Shown: positions 13,226-25,670 of the stretch, piece by piece
Position numbering within the stretch: the first letter of the stretch is position 1
Layout: the number at the start of each line of letters is the position of its first letter
NCBI RefSeq assembly: GCF_009834535.1
Contig: NC_045697.1
Coordinates: 28,274,001-28,338,000, forward strand
DNA: 64,000 nt
Direction of reading: 5' to 3'
Source: Camelus ferus
Lineage: Eukaryota
The notes under the pieces: model-generated
The model's input: only the letters and a program-made list of their open reading frames with translations
Database searches by the model: none
What the model was told of the DNA's origin: nothing
Position numbers and translations under genes: made by a program

Positions 13226-14561
13226 GGCCCCAAGGGCCTGTAGTATTGATGGTAAGGGAAAATTTAGAATTCCAACTTGCAAATACTCTTGTACCGAAAG
13301 GACTACAAAGGGGGAGGGAGGTCTTCCTCAGCTTCAGACACGAGGGGTGGTGCCCACGTGCTGGGGGCTCAGAATCCAGCAAAATGGAGCCTTTAGGGGA
13401 GAAATAAGTCGATGGAAGACGGGAACAAAAGTAAGGATTCCTGTAAGAAGCCTCCAGGACCAGGGCTTCCTTCCACCATAAGCCAAAGGGGTGGTTCTCA
13501 ATCCTTTTTCTTTCCCTCCGGCCCTAAGAGCTGGCCCATCTTCTCCATTGGACCAGACATCCTCCTCCCTCCCTCTGAAGAGCACTCATGGGGCTTTTCC
13601 CCTCTGCTCTAGTCTCTTATTCGAGCACCAACACTTTCAAGATTTTTAACTATTTGTGGTATCAAAAGGAAAGCTATGAGACGTTACCAGGTAAGAACTA
13701 ATTGAGATAAAAATGCCAGAGGCATCTTTGAAACCAAGACCTGGAGAAAGGCATCCACATTTCAAGGGAAATGGAGGCCCGGCTTTGGTGGATGCTTCCT
13801 CCCCAGAGCTGGGACAGGGACCTGGGCTGAAGGACAGCCTGGGACCTTTGCATGTGGAGGGCTGAACTGGGCAGTCGGAGGCCCAGGGGAGTCGGTGGAG
13901 GGCAGGGGAGGACAAGCAGCAGGGGCTGCCCTTCCCTGTCTTTAGATTCAGTTAATACGTAGTACATCATAGTGCGCAGTAAATTATGCCATCATCCATC
14001 TGCTCAGACCTGATGCCTGGGAGTTACTCTGTACTCACCCTTCACATTGTCACAAATACCATCAGTTCTGACTCCAAGTCTATCTGCTTCTCTACCCCCC
14101 ACTCTACCCCCGCTCTCCTCTCACCTGGACGACGGCAGTGACGTCGTGGCCTGGCCCTGCCAACTCTCCAGCCTCACACCATCCCAAGTGGACCTCCTCC
14201 TTGCATCTCACATCCTACTCTACCTAATCCCAGGCCCCTCCAGCCGGGGTTGCCTCTTTCCTTTCCCACAAGCAGCGCCCTCTTCCTGTAACAACTCATC
14301 CTCTCTCCTCTGCCTGACTAGCTCAGTTTTCAGGTCACACAACTTGGTAAAGTTCATGTTGTTAATCCCGCAATCATGGCCACTGTGATGGACCAAGGAT
14401 TCGAACTCACGTCGAGTGGTCTAGGGCAAAGTGAAAAGCAGGTGGTAGAGTAGGGGTGAGCCTGGTGAGGTCGTGGTGCGAGGCAGCAGCTTCTGGGAGG
14501 AGAGAAGTAAGGGAGAAACCCCGAACGGCCTTAGCCAGGGAAGGCTGCAGGGGTCCTGTGA

Positions 14562-14792
<231 letters not shown>

Positions 14793-14879
14793 TAGCCTGA
14801 GGAGCTCTGTCCTCACCAGCTCTGCAGCCACTCTTCTCCACACTATCAACTCAGTCAGTCCTTACAACCCATGAAGTGG

Positions 14880-15390
14880 TATAACCAGGGCCCCCAAGAA
14901 CACCCCAGGTTTGATAACTCACTAGGAGGACTCACACAACTCAACATATAGTAGTCTAGAGCTAAGGCTTTTTACAGGGAAAGGATACAAAGCAAAATCG
15001 GCAAAGGGGAGAAGCCCTGGGGTGGGGTCTGGAGGACAGATGCAAGCGTCCAAGAGTCCTCCCAGACCAGCCACACAGGATGCACCCAACACCTCCCGCC
15101 AACATATGTAAGATGGCGTCCAGCAGGGCGCTCACAAGAGACTCAGTGCCTGGGTGTGGTCTTGGGGGCTGGTCATGGAGGCACCCCCTGCTTGGCATGT
15201 ACCAAGTTGCCAGGTTCCCAGAAGGCAAGTGCTCAGCATAAACCACATTGTTCATACAAAGAGTTCAGGCACAGGGGTCCACTCTCCTCAGTTCTGGAAA
15301 TGGCGGGAACTCTCCCCAAACCCAAGTTCCCAGGTGCCAGCCCAGGACCAACCTTTCAAGCAGGTCTTTCTAAGGCTAACTGTCTCAAGA
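14880..15390. mobile_element. ERV LTR fragment (MER21-like)
   Basis: Recognisable motifs (ccaggtttgataactcactaggaggactcaca, aaaggatacaaagcaaaatcggcaaaggg); family assignment from memory. Confidence 0.6.
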
Positions 15391-15607
15391 CTGCACACGT
15401 GTCCTATTATTCTTTACCCTATTTTACAGATAAGCAAACTGGGACAAAAAAGTGAGGTAACCTGGGCCCGAGATCATACTGCCAGCTAATATAGGTCTGA
15501 CTGTGTTCTCAACCACTATAGGCCACTGCCTCTGAAAAAGGTCCCATTATTCTAAAAGACGTGTCATTATAGCACTCTTCAGTGATTCTATTTTGTCACA
15601 TTCTACG

Positions 15608-15930
15608 ATAGAGGTCAACAGATTTTTCTGAAAAATGTCAGATGTCAAATGTTCAGGGTTTGTGGGCTACATGGTCCCTGTCCCAACTATTCAACTCTGC
15701 TGTTTTGGTGTGAACCATAGGTAAATGAGCATGGCTGTGTTCCAACAGAACTTCATTCTTCTGGACACTAAAATTTAAACCTCATATAACTTTCACATGT
15801 CACAAAATTTTCTTTCCCTTTTGATATTTTTCAACCATTTAAAAATATAAAAGCTTTCTTAGTTCACGGGCCATACAAAATCAGAGGGCCAAATTTGGTC
15901 CACAGGTCAACATTCACCAATCCCTGTTCT
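15608..15930. mobile_element. hAT-Charlie relic (MER58B-like)
   Basis: aactattcaactctgc...ggctgtgttccaa...gggccatacaaaatcagagggccaaatttggtccacagg...ccctg. Confidence 0.7.
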
Positions 15931-16534
15931 CTAAATGTGTTCTTTTTTGTTACATGGAAAAGACTGAAATAATTGTACACCGTGCTGGCAAAGGGTGAGA
16001 TTGGACAGGCACTGTCGTGACTACTGGTGGGGGACATTGGTATGGCCTTTCTAGAAAGCAGTTTGGCAGTTTGTGCTAAGAGTGTTTTTGTTTGTTTGTT
16101 TTTTAAGTCCTGTTCTTTGAGCCAGTAATCCAACTTCTAGGTACTTGTGCTAGAAAAACAGGTGCATGCAGAGAGGTTAGTGCATGAAATTGTTAACCTC
16201 CTTCACCCATTCATCAGCAGCCCTGTCAAATGCAAAACTGTATCCCAGAGGCAGGGAAGGACGCACACAAAAGGCTACCTGGAGGGAGTGGGGGTCCTGG
16301 CGTTACAGGCAAAATACAGTATAATCAGGAAAGACGAGGTGATGAGCAGTTACCTGACTCCCCTGCTGTGCCTAAACAGGTCCTATCTGGTTAAGCAGGT
16401 CCTCATTAAACAGGTCCTGTCTGGTTCTGTTTAGATTTTGAGAGGAGCAAGCCTGCCTGCCCCGGAGCAGGGAGGGCATCACGCCAGCAGAGGCGATGTG
16501 CTCTCTCTGCAACTCAACTCCATTTGCATTGCAG

Positions 16535-16685
16535 ACATCGTGCCCATCCTGACGTCGACCGTGATCGAGTGTCACAGGGCCGGCTTGAAGAAGTCTGCCT
16601 TCAGCTTTGCAGCTATGTTGATGAGGCCCGAGTACCGCAGCAAGCTAGATGCCAAGTACAAAAAGAAGATCGAGGCAATGGTCAG
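16535..16685 (+). CDS. WDR19: WDR19 coding exon (~33)
   Basis: ttgcag acceptor; (H)[49 protein letters not shown]+AG; gtgggc donor; 151 nt. Confidence 0.96.
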
Positions 16686-17258
16686 GTGGGCAGTGACAGC
16701 TGTTTCTACCATCTGATCCCACATTTCACAAGAGTATCTTTCAGAACATAGCTGCTGAAGTGTGGACTCAACAAGAACACAGATTGAGGGGGAGCAATTA
16801 GGACTGTACTCAGTGGCCAGCAGCAAGAAACCCAACGAGGGCTTAAACAGGTCAGGAGTTACTTGCCTCATATGCAAGGCATCGTAGCCCAGGGCTGGTT
16901 CTGCTGTCCTGATGCCACCAAGGACAGATTCCCTCCACCTTCCAGCTTTACCACCCAGAGCAGAGAAGTTTCCCCCTCGTGGCTGCATGGTTGCGGTTGT
17001 CTGCCGCGACTCGAGATACCAAGTCCCCATTCAATGCAGGAAGAAGTAGGGAAATTAAAAGACCACAAGGTCCTTGCCTTTTTAGTTAGGAAAGACACCA
17101 GCCCCTGGACTTGCATGCAGGGGCAGCTCTGGATGGCTGCTTCTAGCTGAGAAGCACATTGCTGAGGAGAAACAAAGTTCTGTTGGCAAGGAAGAAGGAA
17201 AGGGTGGCTATTAGGTAGGCAGCAAACAGTGCCTGCCAGAGAGGGCCAAAGAGTGACT

Positions 17259-17390
17259 TTTTAAAAAATTTATTTGTTGGGGGAGGGACTAGGTTTATCT
17301 ATTTATTTTTAGTGGGAGTACTGGGGATTGAACCTAGGACGTTGTGCATGCTAAGCATGCACTCTACCACTTGAGCTATACCCTCCCCTC
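17259..17390 (-). mobile_element. tRNA-derived SINE, same family as 8392-8540
   Basis: gtactggggattgaacctaggac...gcactctaccacttgagctataccctcccc; imperfect TSD agagtgact/agagtaact. Confidence 0.88.
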
Positions 17391-18009
17391 GAGAGTAACT
17401 ATTTCTTGGTGTAAGAAACTTGGTAATTACAGTGCCTACTGCCAGAGGAGAGTTCGTTTCCAAACCCTGTGTAGCTCCTAAGGCACATCAGGCATGTCCT
17501 CACTTCAGAAAGTGGTGAAGCGGCCGGGTTTTCTACAGGAAAACCAGGGAACAGTAGCACTCGCGTTTGCAAAAGGAAAAATTCATTGCAGTCATGTAGT
17601 AATTCTGTACCACTACTGTTCCAGGTAGTGATGACATTCGGGGCACTTGTTAGTCCCGTTATGACCAGGGAACCCTCGTGTACCTGAATCTTGACCCAGA
17701 ACTCTCACCTCAGCCACGGGAGATGGCTGCTCCCGGAGCACTGAAGGGAAGCAAGCGCTGCGTTTTTGTTAGCTGGGCTCATGGTAGAGAATCAAACCTG
17801 GACAGGGCTGCATGAGCACTTCCTTTTTTTTTATGATAAGCCAGAGTAGCTTCAGACCAAATCAGGCTGACCCAGCACACCTGCCAGCGGAGTGAAGCGG
17901 GGAAAGTGCTGGAGCACACGAAACCCCCCCACCCCCATTTCGTGCCACAGCAGTCTGGCTGCCGGCCTGGAAGAGGTGCTGGTTATTCTCTCCCTGCGCA
18001 AGAGGGCTC

Positions 18010-18172
18010 TGTAGCTATGAGGTCTGATACGGTACCTGCCAGCCACGTGTGGCTGTTTATATTTAAATTAATTAAAAGTGACTAAAATTTGAAACCTACT
18101 TCCTCGTACTGCCCGCATTTCAGGTGCTCTGAGCTCCACGTGGCTCGTGGCTGCCGCGCTGAGCGCACAGAA
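18010..18172. mobile_element. hAT-Charlie relic (MER3/MER33-like)
   Basis: agccacgtgtggct...atttaaattaattaaaa...ttcaggtgctc...gtggctcgtggctgcc. Confidence 0.7.
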
Positions 18173-18502
18173 TTAGAGCCCTGCCACTGTCACGGGAGGT
18201 TGTGCGGCACAGCTCCGGGCAGCCTTGGCCCCTTCAGCACACAGAGGGAGAGACAGGTGCGAGCTCGCTGCTCCGGGGCAAGGAAGACAGGAGACAGCCA
18301 GACCCGCCCATGTTTTCTGCCACACAGTGTACTGTGAACTCCAACTCCCAAAGGTGGCCTACACGATGCTACCATCTGACCGGTCTTTATTCCTCTTCCC
18401 CTTCCCTGGGCTGCAGCCTGGGCCGATGGCGAGCTTGTTAAGTATCTGTAGTCTCAAAGAGTCTGAAGAAGTAAGTGCATTACATGTGATTCTCCCTCAC
18501 AG

Positions 18503-18626
18503 GAGACCTGATACGTCTGAGACAGAAGAGGCCACAACCCCATGTCCATTCTGTGAATTTCTTCTACCAGAGTGTGAACTCCTCTGTCCTGGATGTAAAA
18601 ATAACATCCCATATTGCATTGCAACA
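18503..18626 (+). CDS. WDR19: WDR19 coding exon (~34), Cys-rich C-terminal zinc-binding region
   Basis: cacag acceptor; (R)[41 protein letters not shown]; gtacgt donor; 124 nt; two CxxC pairs. Confidence 0.96.
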
Positions 18627-19374
18627 GTACGTTTGTCATCCTCTCCCTTTCTTGGCGTATGTCTATAACCATTCGAATGCTTGATGTGTGTCAATACTTT
18701 TTTTACTTCTGAATCTCTCTTCCCCCTCTAATTTCCTGCAACATTAGCATATAATTTCATGATCAGCAAGGTTGGAAGTTATATTCAAGGCATATAAAAA
18801 TCTGAGTACCAGGAAGGCACTCGGGGCAGGGTGGCACACGCTTGGGGGTCAGACAGTCCTGGGTTTAGAGCCTCTTTCTGCCAGTTATTGGCTACATAAC
18901 CTGATGTGGTTTGCTTTTTCCTTGCTAGGTCCATCCTTAACAATACTTGCCTAGTAAGATAAACTGCAGGTTGATGAGAGAACATGTATGAAACCTTAAT
19001 ACCACACCTGGCATGCTGCAGCACTTAATAAGTAGTGGTTTTTATTATAAACTTTAAGACCTATTATTAGAAAAATTTTAAGTATCAGATTATTTACTAA
19101 TCACTAGGCTAATATAAGCTTTACTTTAAAGAAAGCAAAGTTAGGTAAGGATGTCACAATATTGAAGATTGTTCTTTTATACCTGAATCTGATAAATGAA
19201 ACTTGGCTTTTGTCCTTTTGATGTCATCTTTCTGATCAACTAACCATCTATGTGAAGTATCAGTAGTTTCATAATTTAGCGGTCTTTTACCTGTGTAACT
19301 GTGTATTATAACTGAATAATGCTGAGAGTCTTAAACATAAAGATTAATTTTACTCTTCAACTTACTGTTTCCAG

Positions 19375-19451
19375 GGTCGACATATGCTGAAGGATGACTG
19401 GACAGTGTGTCCACATTGCGACTTCCCTGCTCTGTACTCAGAATTCAAGAT
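19375..19451 (+). CDS. WDR19: WDR19 coding exon (~35)
   Basis: ttccag acceptor; [25 protein letters not shown]+AT; gtaagt donor; 77 nt. Confidence 0.96.
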
Positions 19452-19779
19452 GTAAGTGTGTATTGTTTCACTGAGTCATACAGATTTATCGGAAAATGGG
19501 CCTTTCATTCAGCCTCTTTTATTCTGAGGTCTCCTTATTTGTTCATGTTCCTAAAAAAATCTCTAAAGACCCAAGTTATCTTCTTGGAAGAATCTTCTAT
19601 GACCTTTAAGAACATTTTACTTAAAGGGAAGGATCTTGCATGAGACTCAGTATTCCTAATTCTTAAATCTCATGGTGAACACGTACTAAGAGGTAGAAAG
19701 GAACAGTCGTTTTCCACATCACAATAACCAAAGGGAATACTGCATATTTAATCTACTCTGCCTTTCCTTCCCCAAACAG

Positions 19780-19891
19780 CATGTTAAATACTGAAAGCAC
19801 ATGTCCTATGTGTTCAGAAAGATTAAACTTTGCTCAACTGAAAAAAATCCCAGACTGTACCCCGTACCTGCGGACAGAGGTGGAGCAGTGA
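19780..19891 (+). CDS. WDR19: WDR19 last coding exon (~36); TGA 19889-19891; exon continues to donor after 19904
   Basis: aaacag acceptor; (I)[36 protein letters not shown]; consensus CAG|GTAAGT donor 13 nt after the stop. Confidence 0.95.
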
Positions 19892-20849
19892 GTGGCAGGT
19901 GCAGGTAAGTGCCAAGCCGTCCACTCACCTTCCAGGACACGAGGTCCACAGGGTAGACACAGCTTTACAGTTTGTTTTGACACTGACTCTTTTTTGTGCA
20001 TCATGTAACTTGTCAGATTTGAACAAACAACACACCTTTGATGAACTTAAAAAAAAAAAAGCTAAAATGCAAGTTGTGGTCTCCATAGTGACAAAGGTCA
20101 TTTGGCCAAGCAGCATCATGGATTCCAACCAGAACACATTTTATCCAATCACATGGACTTCTTTTTAATCAGTCCATTAAAACTACAGCCAGCTAATAAC
20201 AATGGAGTTTTTTAAAGTTTTATAGTTCAGGAGAAAATACTGTAAAAATTTTTGCTTCCAGAGACTTGAAAAATCCCCATTTCTTTTCCTTTCCAAGTTT
20301 CATTTTTGTCTCACGGAAGCTGCACATATTCCTTCCACCCTCACTCCACTGGCAAGGATTTCCTCATACGGCAACACATACTGCAAGCGAGGAGGCAGGG
20401 AAATGTAGTCGATAGCCGGGAAGCCAAAAGCCCCTGCCAAAAACTCAGAAGTCTTTAATTAAAAGTAAAAAGGAGGATTAGTCCCTGACACAGCACTAAA
20501 CCTAGATAAAATGAACTCTAGGTTTTCACATAAAACCTGTTCTTGCAGTCTTCCCTCCCTTGGTAGCTCCACCCAACCAGCTGGTCAGGATGGAAATCTG
20601 GACATTATCTTTGATTGATGCTACCCTCACCACCCATCACCCAGTCCATGGGCAAGTCCTCTCAGTGTGCCTCCAGTGTACCTTGTTCCCTTCCTCTGGG
20701 GGCTTTTTATTGCACCTGCAAAAACAAAGAGCCTAAGAGACTCTGTATGAGCAGGCCCCAGCCTCCTCCTCTGCTCACCATGCTGCAGCCCCACTGGCCT
20801 TTTGGCTGTTCCTCGGAGATTCCAAACTGCTTCCTGCAGCACCCGCAAT

Positions 20850-23800
20850 CTCTCCCACTCCCACCAGCAGCCTACAGGGGTTCCAGTTTCCCCACATCCC
20901 CACCAACAATTGATATTGTCTGCCTTTCTGAGTAGAGTCATCCCAGTAGATGTGAAGTGGTGTCTGTGGTTTTGATTTGCGTTTCTGTAATGATGATGTT
21001 GAACATCTTTTCATGTACTTGTTGGCCAGTGGTTGTTGAGTAGCGTGTTGTTGAATCTCCACATATTTGTGAATTTTCCAGTTTTCTTCTTGTAATTGAT
21101 TTCTAGTTCCATACCATCGTGGTCAGAAAAGATGCCTGTTATGACTGTCTTCTAAATTTAGTAAGACTTGCTTTGTGGCCTTACCTGTGATCTGTCCTGG
21201 GGAATGTTCCATGTGTGCTTGAGAATAATGTGTATTCTGCTGCTTTTGGATGGAATGTTCTGTCAATGTCATGTTAAGTCCATCTGGTCTAACATGTATG
21301 TCACTTAAGACCAGTGTTTCCTTATTGATTTTATTTCAAATGAAAATCTATCCACTGATGAAAGTGGGGTAATAAAGTCCCCTACTATTATTGTATTGCT
21401 CTTTCTCCCTTGAAGTATATTAATACTTGCTCTATATATTTAGGTGTTCCTACGTTAGGTTCATAAATATTTACAAATGTTACATCCTCTTGTGGACTGA
21501 CCCCTTTTCTTTATATAATGGTCTCTCTGTTCCTTATTACAGTCTTTGTTTTAAAGTCTATTTTGTCTGATGTAAGTAGGTATAGCTACTCAAGCTTTCT
21601 TCTGCTTTCCATTAGCATGGAATATTTTTTTCCATTCCTTCCCTTTCAGTCTGTGGGTCTCTTGTAGGCAGCACTTTGGTTTTTATTCATTCTGTCTTTT
21701 GATCAGAGAATTTATATTTAAAGTAATTATTGATAGAAAGGGACTTCCTGCCATTTTGTTAATTGTTTTCTGGCTGTTTTGTAATTCCTTTGTTCCTTCT
21801 TTTCTTGCTCCCTTCTCTTCCTTTGTTTTCTGTACTGGTACCCTTAGGTTTCTTTCTTATCATCTTTTGTCTACTATAGGTTTTGCTTTGTGGATACCAT
21901 GAGGCTTATATAAATTGTATCATTAACAGTCTATTTGAAGTTGATAACAACTTAAGTTCAAATGCCTTCTAAAGCTCTCCATGTTTACTCTCCCCATCCA
22001 CAGTTCTGTTTTTGATGTCACAATTTTTATCTTTTTGTTTATCCATTAACAAATCATTGTGATTATAGTTATTTTTTTATTTTTGCCTTTTAACTTTCAT
22101 ACTAGATTTATAAGTACCTACCATTATTCTGAATTTAATTATATATTTACCTTTACCATTGAGATTTACAATTTCATATATTTTCCTATTATTAATTAGT
22201 GCCCTTGTGTTTTAGCTTCAAGTCCTTTAACATTTCCTAAAAGGCCAGTCTAGTGGTGATGAACCCTCCTTAGCTTTTCCTTGTCTGGAAAACTCTTTCT
22301 CTTTCCTTCACAACTGAAGGGTGGCTTTGCCAGGTAGAGTATTCTTGGTTGGCAGAGGTTTTTTTTGTTTTTTCTCTTTCAGCACTTTGAATATATCAGA
22401 CCCCTCTTCTAGACTGCAAAGTGTCTGCTGAAAAATCAGCTGATGGTCTTATGGGGGGTTCCATTGTACATAACAAGTTGTTTTCTTTTGCTGCTTTTAA
22501 GATTCTCCCTTGTCTTTAAATTTTGACAGTTTAATTATACTTGGTGTCTTGGTGTGAGCCTCTTTGTGTTCATCTTATTTGCAACTGTCTGGGCTTCCTG
22601 GATATAGACATGTTTCCTTCCCCAAGCTAGATAAGTTTTCAGCCATTATTTCTTCAAATGAGTTTCTTGCCCCTTTCTTTTTCCTTTGGGGCTCCTATAA
22701 TGTGAATATTGGTCAGCTTGATGTTCTCCTGTAAGTCCCTTAGGCTGTAATCACTTTTTCATTCTTTTTTCTTGCTGTGCCGATTGGATGAGTTCCACTG
22801 CCCTGTTCACTACTGGTCCCTCTTTCGCTTCATGTAGTCTGCTGCTGAACCCCCCCTGTTGTATTTTTCAGTTCAGCTCTCCGATCTCAGTTTGGTATTT
22901 TCTTATTTTCTCTTTATTGAAAGTCTCTGTTCATGCATCATTCTCCTGACCTTGATGAGTGTCTTGATGACTCATTTGAACTCTTTTATCATCAGGTGAA
23001 TCACTTATGTTTAACTTCTTTTTCTGAGGTTTTATCTTGTTCTTTCATTTGGAGCCTATCTCTCTGTTTCATCATTTTCCATGACGCTCTGTGGGTTCTA
23101 TGCATTAGATAAAACAGCCACTTCTCCCAGTCTTGAAGGAGTGGTCTCATGTAGAAAATGAGCCTTATTTTTCTACCTTACCCTAGTTCTTGGTTGTCTG
23201 TCAAAACTTTGTGACTGTTTGAACAGCCACCTTGTTCTTAGTGGCTCCCTGTAGTTGAGGGTGTGCTAAGACCTGTCAGTGTTCCAAAAGGAGCATCTCA
23301 GCCAGCAGCTAGATGCAGGCTGCTGGAAAGCTGGACTCTCAGGCCACAATTATTAAGATAAGCAAATAGGCCTCTTTCATGGAAAGACTAGGCATTTCTG
23401 TCTCTTGCCTCTGCATTGAGTCCTAGGGGATAGTTGGTTAAGAACTGATTCTGTTTGTTTCTGTCCAGTAAGACCTGTGGACGTAAGCCCGGCTGGCCAC
23501 CAGAGCCAGGTGACATCCAGGGGTGTTCCCTGGATGCAGCACCAGACTTGGACACAAGCTCCTTTCTGGAAGATACTGGCAACTTAGAGCAAGGCAGAGG
23601 GAGAGCACAGAGATGGCACTGCTGGCCTATGCTGTCTCTGGGTTATTTTCAGTTGGCTCCTAGATGTGTGTTAAATTAGAAGACTGCCCCTCAGGCCAAA
23701 ACTCTGAAGATAAGCAGACAGGTCTCTTTCATAGAAAGACTGGATGCATTTCAACCTGCTACCTCTGCACTGGACCCTGCCTGGAGGATTAGCCACCATG

Positions 23801-24225
23801 GGTCCAAACAACCCCATTTAGAACTGTTTCTTAGTTCACACTATCCTTGGAGAGCTTGTGGATACAAAGCCCAGCAGCTTTCTCAAGCTACAGGTTTGGA
23901 AGGCCTGTCTCTGAGGTAGAAGGCTTAAGTCGGAGACCAGATGTGGGGTCCAAACCCGTCACTCCTCGGGAGAAGCTGGGAGCTGTGATCCCCTCCCAGC
24001 TGTGGTATGACTGCACGGAGGGGCAGGAAAATGGAAAGATCATGTCAGCCTCTCCCACCCACCCTGATGTGGGCTTTTCCTTGTTTACTGGATGCATAGG
24101 AGTTGCTTGGCTATTTTCTAGATATTTCTCAGAGGGAATTATTCTGTACATAGCTGTAGATTCACTGTGTCTGTGGGAGGAGTACTTCAGGAGCCTCCTA
24201 CATCACCATCTTGAACCAGAACCTA
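20850..24225 (-). mobile_element. Old internally deleted L1 (5' UTR, ORF1 and endonuclease remnants, short ORF2 3' piece) in the WDR19 3'-UTR intron
   Basis: Antisense L1 endonuclease-like sequence at 21050-21700, ORF1-like at 22200-23100, repeated 5' UTR units at 23300-24220; no intact ORF. Confidence 0.75.
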
Positions 24226-25356
24226 TCTCAGTTTCTGGGTCAGTAGGGTAGGCATGGCTTAGCTGTGCCTTCTGTTCAGGGCCTGACAAGGCTGCAGTTG
24301 GCTGGAGCTGCATTCTCCTGAGGCTCAAAGTCTTCATCCAGACTATTTGTTTGTAGACTTTGATCAGAGGACTGAGGCCTTCAGCTCCTAAAGGCAGTCT
24401 GCAACTTTGACACGTGGCACTCCCTACAACAAGGAACTGTACTTCTTAAAAGTCCAGCAGAAGATTGGACTTCCACAGGGCTTATATGCAGATTTTGGCA
24501 TAACCCCTTTTCAGGATCTTCTCCCTCACATTTTAGTAGCTCTGGCAGCCTCAGAGTGTTCTGACTCTCCCAGCTAGTAAGACTAAGACTTCACTGTTTA
24601 AGCTCTAGCCATCCTGTGCCTCGTGGACCTGCACTCAGGTGAAAAGGTATATAGAGATGAATCTCAGTAGATTTCTCTTCTTTGACGAATGATACCTTTC
24701 CAATTTCTACCTGCTTTTGGCTGCTCTTCAATGCCCTTCAATAGTTATTATATTTTATCCCAAATCTGTAACTATTATCAGTAGGAGGATTAATTTGCAA
24801 CTTTGCTACTTCCAAAAACAGAATCTTGCTTGTTTTTGGTAATCTTACATGGACTCTCTCCAAACACTATCCCTGCATTAAAGCCGAGCCTTAGCCCACA
24901 GTATCATAGCTACCTGTAGGTAAGCTTCCGGGAGTCACGACTGTGCGTCGTCTTTTTAGAAAAGTTACTGCAAGTGTCTTATGACACAGGGACTACTGGT
25001 TGAAGCTATTGTTCACTGACTCCTTTTAGACAATCATTAAGTTTCAGGAAAATTTCTTCTCTACAGATTGCTTAGCACTAACTTTGCACCTGCCAGTAAG
25101 GTGGCTGTTACCATTCTCACTTTATAACAGAGGTTTGCCCACACAATTTTAATCAGTTAAAGGCGAAGTAAAACTCAGTTCTAATTACAGACTGGAAATT
25201 TCTCACTTGATTGCAGTGATCCTGCTGCACACTCCAAAAATGAGCAAAAAAACCATCTTTATTATGCTTGGCTTTAGTAGTAAATGCCAGTTATTACTTG
25301 AAACCCTTCTAAAAGCTTTTTTTTTTTTTGCTTTTTTGCTTTTTTGTCATTTCTAG

Positions 25357-25670
25357 GTGTAATGTTCCTGAGAAGATAGCATTTTTCCACAGAAGGCTGT
25401 GTTTCTACCCATGGTAGATTTAGAGATGGTCCTTCCTGGATACAGAAAACAAAACAAAGGCGACCTTTCCAGGTCACCACTTTAACTTCTGTAGAGTGGC
25501 AAACAGAGACATATAACATGCTGTTTATTATACTTTGTATATTTCCTCTTCTGAGTCATACATATGCTACACTCTGCACTGTTACTATGACACAATTGTA
25601 AATATTCAGCTTTTTGATAACTTTTATATTTTGAAATATCTCCTTTAAAATAAACTTACTGATTAGATGT
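25357..25670 (+). other. WDR19: WDR19 terminal non-coding exon (3' UTR); 3' end approximate
   Basis: Long T-rich tract ending ttctag at 25356; AATAAA at 25649-25654 followed by GT/T-rich sequence; resembles the human WDR19 3' UTR as I recall it. Confidence 0.8.
25649..25654 (+). terminator. WDR19 polyadenylation signal AATAAA
   Basis: AATAAA with upstream TGTA motifs and downstream tgtttgtaatgttttt. Confidence 0.75.
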
